Below, piece after piece: positions 23,946 through 35,300 of a stretch of 64,000 bases of DNA; position 1 is the stretch's first letter, and each line of letters starts with the position of its first letter. The notes under the pieces were generated by a model, which did not search any database, was not told the origin of the DNA, and saw nothing but the letters and a program-made list of their open reading frames with translations. Source of the DNA: Macrostomum lignano (taxonomy: Eukaryota). The translations under genes were made by a program, and so were the position numbers. Where the stretch lies: positions 105,968 through 169,967 of the forward strand of contig NIVC01000721.1 of NCBI GenBank assembly GCA_002269645.1. The letters are read 5' to 3'.

Positions 23946-25359
23946 GGCGTGGCACCCCACCCCAGGCATTGTTTGTCTTAATTTGCCCATCAGTTCATTT
24001 AATCAAAAGCTGAATTTTCATTGGCTGACTGCCCTGATTTCCCAGCTGACCACTCCTGGTCTTCCCAATAGCTGACTTCTAATTGGCTGTTCTGATTACC
24101 TTCTCTCACCCAATGAGATCCCACCTGTTTATTTGTTCTGTGCCTTACTCTCGCTACCAATTCTTCCCTGACTCAGAACTTTAGTCCCTCTAATAAGCTC
24201 CACACCGAGATTAGCCTTTTCAAATAGCATTGACATCTGCTTGGGAGCTTGGTCTGACTGCGCGTGTTATACCTTTTAGCTGGTATTATGTCATCCTGTC
24301 CCTCACTCTGCTTGGCATGCAATATCTCTTCCTTTGACTCACTGTCTCTTCCTTTGACTTAAAAGCTTTTTGATATATATGGATACATATTGCTTTTTTG
24401 CTAGTTCCTAGATACTGTCATCTACCACTGTCATTTAACCAATTTATCATCTACTAGCTAGTATTGGTGACTTTGTCATCTACTAATAAAGGCACTCAGT
24501 GAGCTTAGTCACTTTGTTATTCACCAATCAAATGAATAAGAAGTGACCATGGTTGGGATGAGATTAAGGTTTTGATCATCATCAATTGAAAAAAATTGTT
24601 AGTTCAAACTGACATGATGCAACTGTGGTCTTTCACTTCTTTATGTAATTGCCCCCTTGAGCCCTTGAAAAATTTGGCTATTTGGCCCTTGGTCTAAAAA
24701 GGTTGTTGATGACCCCTAATCTAAGATGACAAAGTGGCAGATGATGAACTGTCTAGGAACAAATTTGCTACATGGAAATGCTAAATTTGAGCAGATTTTC
24801 AGTAACTACACAGATTAAGGCATTTGTCATTTATCATCTAAAATAAAAGAAGTTGGTTTTCAAAACTATAAAAAATTAAAAACATTTTTGCCAAAGTTTG
24901 ATTTAATATATTCAAATTTTTAATATACTGCTATCTGAACTTTATTCTTATGAATAGTTATAATTGACCTAATTGAAGAAAATTGTCTGTGACTAAACTG
25001 AAAAGTGTTTTTATGCACATACTATTAGTTCATATAGATTGTGTCCTTATATGTATAAATTTACATGTATTATTAAATAGTTGTATTTTCTAGTTGCATA
25101 ATATAATTTCTAGATTTTTGTCGCTATGCAAAGCTTTATTTTGTTTTTAAAAATAAGATTATTGAAATTTCAAAACAACTTTAATATATAATAGCCATAT
25201 TTTTCTAAGATATGAGCTTCTAGTTATTTTGATTGATTTGAGCCTTAATAACTAGCAATCTACGCCCCCCGTTGGGGAGCTAAAGAAATGAAATACACGT
25301 ATTTTTAATAAGTTACATGTAGCCTTGAAATCTTAAAAAATCTCCTGTCAAACTTCTAA

Positions 25360-26340
25360 TAGCCCTAACCCTAACTCTAAACATAACTCTAAATTTAATA
25401 TTTTGTTCATGAGTTTTTGCATGATGCCGCATGATGACGCTTTTATGATAAACATTTTTAATAAGCTACATGAGCTAAGTTATAAGCTACCCTAACCCTA
25501 GCACTAACCCGAATCTTAACACTATAACCCTAACCCTAACCCTATACCCTAACACCAACGCTAACACTAACCCTACAGCCTGACATCTGCATAAGTTTGT
25601 GAAGCGCTAGTAGTATTTTTTAGCTTAGTATCTTAGCATTGGGGAGCCAAAAAATGCAGTAAAAGTTTTGTAATAAGCTACATGTAGCATCTCTTTCCAA
25701 TATCTCTTTGCAATAATATACTGCTTTGAAAGCAGTCCCTTGGAAGCCTTGACATGTCAGTAATTCCCCCCCTACAAGCTTTAACATATCAACTTCCCCC
25801 TTGACATCTCAGCAATGCTCCCCATAAGCCATAAAATCTAAAAAAATCTGTCAACTTTCTAACCCTAGCCCTAACCCTAACCCTAACCCTAACCTAACCT
25901 AACCCTAAAACATTGACATTTCAGTAATTCTCTCTAAGAGTCATTATAGCACTCTTGGAGAGAATAGCGATAGCGATTCCCCGCAAGCCTCGACATCCAA
26001 ATGAATCTCTTAACTTCGACATGAAGCTTCTTTTATTTTTTACATTACGATTTTTCTATCAGCGATCCCTCCCGTGAGGAGCCAACAAATAATGAAAAAA
26101 GTTTTCAATAAACTACATGTAGCTTCTGATTTTAGCCTTGACATTCATTTATTCCCCCGTGAGCTTTGACATCTCAGCTATTCCCCCTGTAAGCCTTGAC
26201 ATGTCAGCGATGCCCCCCATAAACCTTGATACCTGAAAAATCCCCTGTTAACCTTGGAACCCGTAAAACCCGTAGAATCCCCTGTAAAATCTAACCCTCA
26301 ACCCAAACCTGACCTAAACCTAACTTTAACCCAACCTAAA
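25360..26340. repeat. Patches of degenerate (CCCTAA)n telomere-like repeats within a repeat element upstream of DNAJC9
   Basis: CCCTAACCCTAA runs at about 25365, 25530, 25865 and 26290, interleaved with a recurrent AATAAGCTACATGTAGC motif. Confidence 0.65.
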
Positions 26341-26497
26341 GCCTTGAAATCTCAGCAATCTCTTTTCCCTTAAGCCTTGACAATTTAGTGATTCTGGGCC
26401 CGTTCTATAAAGCCATCGTAAGATAAGATCGATCCAACATTCGATCCACTAACATTGCTTTACTAACATTGATCCAACTAATTCTTGATTTCACTTT

Positions 26498-28360
26498 ATG
26501 GCGCCAGGATTTCTTGCCCAGTGTGAGCAGCACTTTGGCACCAAGGATTTGTATGCCATCCTAGGCTGCGAGTCCAGTGCCAGTCCGGCCCAGCTGAAGA
26601 AGGCCTATTATAAAAAGTCGTTAGAGCTTCACCCAGACACGAATCGCGTTGACGAGAAGGCGAATGCCACAGCGAAATTCCAGGTGCTGTCCAAGGCCTA
26701 CTCGCTGTTAGGCGACGAGGAGAAACGTCGAATCTACGACGAGTCCGGCGAAGTTGACGACGATTCTGGCGTTGAATTAGCCGAGGAGTTTCAGCGCTGG
26801 GAGGATTATTGGCGACTGTTGTTCCCACGGGTCACCACGCAACGGTATAATGAGTTCAAGGCCAGCTACATCGGCAGCGAGAAGGAGACTGCCGATGTTA
26901 AGAAGGTGAGCGCTTAGGGCTGCGAGATTTTCAGTCTAATCCTCAGATTTTAGGATTGCTAATCCTTGGATTTCAGTCTAATCCTCGAATTATAGGATTG
27001 CTAATCCTTGGATTTCAGTCTAATCCTCAGATTTTAGGATTGCTAATCCTTGGATTTCAGTCTAATCCTCGAATTATAGGATTGCCAATCCTTGGATTTC
27101 AGTCTAATCCTCGAATTATAGGATTGCTAATCCTTGGATTTCAGTCTAATCCTCAGATTATAGGATTGCTAATCCTTGGATTTCAGTCTAATCCTCAGAT
27201 TATAGGATTGCTAATCCTTGGATTTGAGTCTAATCCTCAGATTATAGGATTGCTAATCCTTGGATTTAAGTCTAATCCTCGAATTATAGGATTGCTAATC
27301 CTTGGATTTCAATCTAATCCTCGAATTATAGGATTGCTAATCCTTGGAGTTCAGTCTAATCCTCAGATTATAGGATTGCTAATCCTTGGATTTGAGTCTA
27401 ATCCTCAGATTATAGGATTGCTAATCCTTGGAGTTCAGTCTAATCCTCAGATTATAGGATTGCTAATCCTTGGATTTGAGTCTAATCCTCAGATTATAGG
27501 ATTGCTAATCCTTGGATTTCAGTCTAATCCTCAGATTATAGGATTGCTAATCCTTGGATTTCAGTCTAATCCTCAGATTATAGGATTGCTAATCCTTTGA
27601 TTTCAGTCTAATCCTCGAATTATAGGATTGCTAATCCTCGGATTTCAGTCTAATCCTCAGATTATAGGATTGCTAATCCTTGGATTTGAGTCTAATCCTC
27701 AGATTATAGGATTGCTAATCCTCGGATTTCAGTCTAATCCTCGAATTATAGGATTGCTAATCTTCGGATTTCAGTCTAATCCTCAGATTATAAAATTATC
27801 CTAAAATAATCTCCTTCCCATTCCCATTGTGCCGCTCTGTCCCGCAGGCCTACCTGGAGTTCGACGGCGACATGGACAAAGTGCTGGAGTCGGTGCTGTT
27901 CGCCGACTATCCCGACGAAGACCGCATCGCTGGAATTATTCGCAAACTGATCGACTCCGGCGAGGTGCCCGCCTTCGAGGCATTCACGGCTGAGCCGGCC
28001 GCTAAGAAAGCGCGCCGAAAACGCGCCTACGAGCGCGAGCGACGCGAATTCGACAAAGCCAACGCCGAGGAGAAGCGGCGCAATGGCAAAGGCATTGTCG
28101 GGCTGGAAGACGAGGCAGAGGAGGAGAACGGCTTGGCCAAGGCCATCCAGCTGAACATGCGGCAGCGAGCCGGTGCCATGGAGTCGCTGATTGACAGCCT
28201 GGCTGCTAAATACGGAGGCAGCGGTAGCGGCGGCAAGAAAGCTAAGAAGCCGGCGACAGTTGCTGATGGTGGAATCAAGAAGCGACCAAAGAAGTCAATT
28301 GGCGCCGGCTCGTCGTCTGCTGCTGCTGCTGCTGGCAACAAACGCGGAAGGAAATCGTAG
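26498..28360 (+). CDS. DNAJC9: DnaJ homolog subfamily C member 9; exons 26498-26905 and 27848-28360
   Basis: J-domain (DLYAILG, AYYKKSLELHPD, KFQVLSKAYSLL), then YWRLLFPRVT, YIGSEKE, AYLEFDGDMDKVLESV and SLIDSLAAKYG. Splice sites AAG|GTGAGC and CAG|GCC are both phase 0. Confidence 0.95.
26930..27790. repeat. 42-bp minisatellite (AGGATTGCTAATCCTTGGATTTCAGTCTAATCCTCAGATTAT, about 20 copies) in the DNAJC9 intron
   Basis: Read directly; explains the repetitive GLLILGFQSNPQII ORF. Confidence 0.97.
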
Positions 28361-29362
28361 AAAATAAATTATCAAAAAATGGATTGGAAACGTTGACGCA
28401 AAATTTATTTTCACGCTTAATCAATAATGGTGCATTTCTATGTTTATAAACTCAATAAACCGTAGGTCTGCAAAGTGGGATTGATCATTTTGTCTATGGC
28501 AATCAGCTGTCAACGGAATGGAACTCAGGGGGACATTAGATGTTATAATAAATGAAGAAATTACTACATATAGATAGCTAATCTAAATTACATCTGTGGC
28601 TAAGATGCCCCCTAAACTCTTTCAGGGAAATCTTAGAGTTAAAAAAGAGTAATTTTTAACTTTTACCAGCTAATAGATATCTCTTAGGGAACATTACAGC
28701 GTAACATTGTTTCTTCGCCATGGTCCCTATGGCTTGTAGCACTCTATGGCCAAACCTCCCTAACAAATGAAGCCTATATAGCGAAATCGAAATGCTGCCC
28801 CTGAAACAACGAAATCCCCCGAAGCCTTCCCAGCAAAGAAAAAAACCTATACAGTCAAATCAAAATGCCTCAAAGACCGCATGCTGAGATTGTCTATGGC
28901 CAAACGTGACCATTGATTTTAAAGTGCAAAGCCAGCGGGCGCGAAACCCGCCAATGGCCAATAGGGGGTCTGTGGAGCCATAGACAATGTTAAGGTTGGT
29001 CTTCAATAGCTTGATTAGCCCACTAAGGATTTAATTGCCAGTTGCTAGGCTCATTTGGTTTGAAAACATATATATATTTCTTTAGTAATTGTACGCTAGC
29101 AAGCGTGTTCTACAACAATTTAAACCTACCTGCATTTCTTTCGTCAGTTTAATGTTCGTTTGCTTAACCAATTTTTCTCTTCATAGCGCATAATACTGTT
29201 TCTTTTTGTTTTTTTAAATAATTTAAAACAATGTATTTCAAAAGTCATTTAATGCCGTTGAATAATTTAATACGCTATACATAACGTGACAATAATAAAT
29301 AACGATGCGCACCATTTTTTTATAAATCTGTTTGCTGCATTTTATTTCTTAGCGAAATATAG

Positions 29363-32300
29363 ATGTCATTCCCAGTGCAGCATAGAGGCCATTCCCAGTG
29401 CAGCATAGAGGCCATTCCCAGTGCAGCATAGAGGTCATTCCCAGTGCAGCATAGAGGCCATTCCCAGTGCAGCATAGAGGTCATTCCCAGTGCAGCATAG
29501 AGGTCATTCCCAGTGCAGCATAGAGGTCATTCCCAGTGCAGCATAGAGGTCATTCCCAGTGCAGCATAGAGGTCATTCCCAGTGCAGCATAGAGGTCATT
29601 CCCAGTGCAGCATAGAGGCCATTCCCAGTGCATCATAGAGTCCATTCCCAGTGCAGCATAGAGGTCATTCCCAGTGCAGCATAGAGGTCATTCCCAGTGC
29701 AGCATAGAGGTCATTCCCAGTGCAGCATAGAGGTCATTCCCAGTGCAGCATAGAGGTCATTCCCAGTGCAGCATAGAGGCCATTCCCAGTGCATCATAGA
29801 GTCCATTCCCAGTGCAGCATAGAGGTCATTCCCAGTGCAGCATAGAGGTCATTCCCAGTGCAGCATAGAGGTCATTCCCAGTGCAGCATAGAGGCCATTC
29901 CCAGTGCAGCATAGAGGTCATTCCCAGTGCAGCATAGAGGCCATTCCCAGTGCAGCATAGAGGTCATTCCCAGTGCAGCATAGAGGTCATTCCCAGTGCA
30001 GCATAGAGGCCATTCCCAGTGCAGCATAGAGGTCATTCCCAGTGCAGCATAGAGGTCATTCCCAGTGCAGCATAGAGGTCGTTCCCAGTGCAGCATAGAG
30101 GCCATTCCCAGTGCAGCATAGAGGCCATTCCCAGTGCAGCATATAGGTCATTCCCAGTGCAGCATAGAGGCGATTATTTTGAACGCCAGTCTCCAAGCCC
30201 AAGCGTCCCAAACGCATTGCAGGAGTCGAAATCGTCAGCAGGCGCCAGCGGCGGGCCAAATCCGCGCCAACAGCGAGTGGTTAGCCAGGCTGATTCCGTC
30301 AGCAATTGGCGCCGACCGGGCGCGGGTGCTGCTGCGGCGCCAACTGGAAGCGGATGTAGCGCACCGCCGCCAGACAAGTGGCGCGGCGGCGGTGGAGGCA
30401 GTCGGCGACCTCCAAGAGGTGCCGGCGAGGGTGGAACGAGGTATAGTACAATTGAGCGTGTATCGTATATAAATTGTAGTACACATTCACTATAATGTGT
30501 ACATTGTATGTACATTCAATTGCACCGTCTTTGTACATCATGTACATTCAATTGTACAATCATCCATTTATTATTGCAGGCGTCCCGGCTTCCAATCGGC
30601 CAATGGCGACATGGCCGCCGGCGGCGGCAGCTCTTCGATGCCACCGTCTACTGCGACAGCCAGCCTGGACACATTTGATTTGCAGCGGCTGGACCCGTGC
30701 GTGCAGAAGCTGGTGCTGCTGCTCACTTCGCCGCCGGATCCGGACAGAGCGCCGGCCACTGTCCGAAGTTTATGGCGAGCTAACTGCGCGCAGGCTCTGG
30801 CTGAGCTGCGGTCCGTGGCCGAGCAGGGGCCGGACAGCGAGACGGCGCAGCGGGTGCTCAGCCCGGACGCCGTGGCCATCCTGCTGCAGCTGCTGCCGCG
30901 ACTGCAGCCCGGCGATGAGGCCCCGGTGGGGCCGCTGCAGGTAGGCGCTGTGGATGCGATAGAAATACAGAAGAAAGGGAAGCCCAATGCAAGCCATGGA
31001 AATCTAAGTGGATTGAGGGCGTTGCTAAGGGTAGTTTAATGTCGTTGCCAAGGGTGGTTTGAGGGTGTTGCTAAGGCTGGTTTGAGGGTGTTGCTAAGGC
31101 TGGTTTGAGGGTATTGCTAAGAGTGGCTTGAGGGTGTTGCTAAGAGTGGTTTGAGGGAGTTGCTAAGGGTGATTTGAGGGCGTTGCTAAGGATGTTTAGA
31201 GGGACGTTTCTAAGAGTGGTTTGAGGGCGTTACTGAGGATGTTTCGAGGGCGTTACTAAGCGTGGTTTGAGGGTGTTGCTAAGAGTGGCTTGAGGGTGTT
31301 GCTAAGAGTGGTTTGAGGATGTTGCTAAGGGTGATTTGAGGGTATTGCTAAGAGTGGCTTGAGGGTGTTGCTAAGGGTGTTTTCAGGGCGTTGCTAAGGA
31401 TGTTTAGAGGGCGTTTCTAAGAGTGGTTTGAGGGCGTTACTGAGGATGTTTCGAGGGCGTTTCTAAGGGTGGTTTGAGGGTGTTGCTAAGGATGGTTTGA
31501 GGGCGTTGCTAAGGATGGTTTGAGGGCGTTGCTAAGGATGGTTTGAGGGCGTTGCTAAGGATGGTTTGAGGGCGTTACTAAGGATGCTTTGAGGGCGTTG
31601 CTAAGGGTGGCCTAGGGGCAATGCTAAAGAGATGGTTTTTATAGAAAAGTTGTTTGCAGGGAAATCAATAATGTTAGTTGATGACAACAGTAGAGTCCTT
31701 AACTTAGGCTATCAACACCCGTGTTAATGAGGCCATTGCCGACATGTATCGAAAATAATAAATAATAATCCCAGGCCCTACTAGCCGGCGCGCTGATCAG
31801 CCACAAGATCAGTCCCGCCGAGCCGCTCACCTTGGCCACTGTCCGGCATCTGCTGTCCCGGCTGGCCAGCTCTGAGTCCAACAGTAGCCAGGATCTGAAC
31901 TCGGCCGGCGCCAATCTGCAACTGCTGGCCGCTCTGTGCCTGAATGTTGGCCAATTTGCCCAGCACCAGGGCCTGCTGCGGGACACCATTCGCCGGCTGA
32001 TTGACCGGCTGTCCCGTTGGCCGACGTCCCCAGACGAAGGCGAGACGCTGTCCGGCGAAGGCGACGACTACAATTTGTCGGCTTGTCAATTCTATGCCGC
32101 TCAAGCGTTGGCCAATCTGGCCTATCTGAGACCGACAGACCAGCGGGACTGCCTGCCGCCCGACCTGGTGTCCACCCTCCTGACCCGCTGCTTGGCCCTG
32201 CTGGAATCGGCTAGCGACAGGCCCAGCGCTCGGGTACTGCAGCTGCTGCTGCATCTGCTAACCTTTCTGATTAGCAGGTGAGTTGGCTACTTTTGTTTGC

Positions 32301-35300
32301 AGAAATCGCAGCTACACCGCATCCTGAGAATCGCCCCTAATTCACCGCTTGAGAATAGTCTCTTAATCCCCCACCCCAAATAATCGCCCTTTCACCCCTG
32401 AGAATCGTCCTTTCACCCCTGAGAATCGCCCTTTCAGCCCTGAGAATCGTCCTTTCACCCCTGAGAATCGCCCTTTCACCCCTGAGAATCGCCTTTACAC
32501 CCCTGAGAATCGCCCTTACACCCCTGAGAATCGCCCTTTCACCCCTGAGAATCGCCTTTACACCCCTGAGAATCGCCCTTACACCCCTGAGAATCGCCCT
32601 TTCACCCCTGAGAATCGCCTTTACACTCCTGAGAATCGCCCTCACACAACTGAGAATCGCCCCTACACCGCCCCTGAGAATCGCCCCTACACCGCCCCTG
32701 AGAATCGCCCCTACACCGCCCCTGAGAATCGCCCCTACACCGCCCCTGAGAATCGCCCCTGAGAATCGCCCTTACACCGCCTTGAGAATCGCCCCTACAC
32801 CGCCCCTGAGAATCGCCCCTACACCGCCCCTGAGAATCGCCCCTACACCCCCCTTGAGAATCGCCCCTACACCGCCCCTGAGAATCGCCCCTACACCGCC
32901 CCTGAGAATCGCCCCTACACCGCCCCTGAGAATCGCCCCTACACCGCCCCTGAGAATCGCCCCTACACCGCCCCTGAGAATCGCCCCTACACCGCCCCTG
33001 AGAATCGCCCCTACACCGCCCCTGAGAATCGCCCCTACACCGCCCCTGAGAATCGCCCCTACACCGCCCCTGAGAATCGCTCCTACACCGCCCCTGAGAA
33101 TCGCCCCTACACCGCCCCTGAGAATCGCCCCTACACCGCCCCTGAGAATCGCCCCTACACCGCCCCTGAGAATCGCCCCTACACCGCCCCTGAGAATCGC
33201 CCCTACACCGCCCCTGAGAATCGCCCCTACACCGCCCCTGAGAATCGCTCCTACACCGCCCCTGAGAATCGCCCCTACACCGCCCCTGAGAATCGCCCCT
33301 ACACCGCCCCTGAGAATCGCCCCTACACCGCCCCTGAGAATCGCCCCTACACCGCCCCTGAGAATCGCCCCTACACCGCCCCTGAGAATCGCCCCTACAC
33401 CGCCCCTGAGAATCGCCCCTACACCGCCCCTGAGAATCGCTCCTACACCGCCCCTGAGAATCGCCCCTACACCGCCCCTGAGAATCGCCCCTACACCGCC
33501 CCTGAGAATCACCCCTACACCGCCCCTGAGAATCGCCCCTACACCGCCCCTACACCGCCCCTGAGAATCACCCCTACACCGCCCCCTGAGAATCGACCTA
33601 AACCTCATCTGAAAATCCACCGCGATAACCTGAGAATCCCTGTAAATCGCTACAGCCAGTGACGCGCCACCCGCCCCATTGTTCAGGTCGCCTCCAATCC
33701 GCCCGGCCGATCTGCCTCGCCTTCTCAACCAGCTGCGCCGCTACCTGTGGCACGGCCTGCCTCCGCCAACTGCCGCTTCTGCTGCATCCGATGCCTCTGC
33801 CGATGCTACAGGCGCCGGTCCGCACGCTTTCGCCCACGAGCCCGAGCTGGACCAGTTCGACTCCGTCACTGTGCCCGGTCTCCGATCCAAGAAACCACTG
33901 AAAAAAGCTCGCTGCGTTGCCAGGGGTGACGGCGGCGACTCGGACGAAGAGGCCAACGGCAGTTTGGAGCAGCGGCTGAGCGGCCTGGACTTGCGGGACG
34001 CCGACCTCGCCGACTTGATGCTTAATCGTGACGGTGAATATTTTCTCTGCAGTTTTCTTCTGATTTCTACTATTAGTAGGATACTTAGGACGGTGCCTAA
34101 TTTTTTGTAACCTGACGCAATTTTCAGAGCGCCAACAACAGGCATCCTCTGTCTCGCTAGCTGACGCTAAAGTTCGATTTATCAGCGGTTCCTGTCTTCG
34201 AAGACTGGTTGAATCCTTGCACAAGCGGGCTCTGCAGTGCCACTGGCTGGCCTTCTTTCCGGATCCCGGAAGGCCCTCGTTTCTGCTAGCGCTGCTACTT
34301 CGGGAGCCCAACTCGAGGGTAACGTTGTGAATGATGCTGAGAGGGAATGATGCTGAGGGGAATGATACTGAGGGGGAATGATGCTGAGGGGAATGATGCT
34401 GAGAGGGAATGATGCTGAGGGGAATGATGCTGAGGGGAATGATACTGAGGGGGAATGATGCTGAGGGGAATGATGCTGAGAGGGAATGATGCTGAGGGGA
34501 ATGATGCTGAGGGGAATGATACTGAGGGGGAATGATGCTGAGGGGAATGATACTGAGGGGGAATGATGCTGAGGGGAATGATACTGAGGGGGAATGATGC
34601 TGAGGGAATGATGCTGAGAGGGAATGATGCTGAGGGGAATGATGCTGAGGGGAATGATACTGAGAGGGAATGATGCTGAGGGGAATGATACTGAGGGGGA
34701 ATGATGCTGAGGGGAATGATACTGAGGGGGAATGATGCTGAGGGGAATGATGCTGAGAGGGAATGATGCTGAGGGGAATGATGCTGAGGGGAATGATACT
34801 GAGAGGGAATGATGCTGAGGGGAATGATACTGAGGGGGAATGATGCTGAGGGGAATGATACTGAGGGGGAATGATGCTGAGAGGGAATGATGCTGAGGGG
34901 AATGATACTACGGGGGAATGATGCTGACGGGGGAATGATGCTGACGGGGGGGAATGATGCTGACGGGGGGAATGATGCTGACGGGGGAATGATGCTGAGA
35001 GTGAATGATGCTGAGAGGGAATGATACTGAGAGGGAATGATGCTGAGGGGGAATGATGCTGAGGGGAATGATGCTGGGAGGAAATGATGCTGAGAGGAGT
35101 GATGCTTAAGAGGTAATGGGGCAAATTGACTTAATTGTTTGTAGTTTAATTGCTGACCAGGGTTTCGGTGCAAATTGGATTTCTCCAAGGAGAATCCCAC
35201 GATTGGGATTCCATTGGATGGGATTTTACTACGTTAGCCATAGTCGGCTTTTTCGAAAGAACTGTTGTAAAGAAACCAGCCATGATACTGAGGGGGAATG

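Noticed and set aside
26448-26507. TACTAAC branch-point-like motif before DNAJC9 with an AG just after the ATG (possible SL-supplied start)
   Set aside because: An SL AUG joined at CCAG|GA would be out of frame, and the genomic ATG already gives an N-terminus that aligns with DNAJC9.
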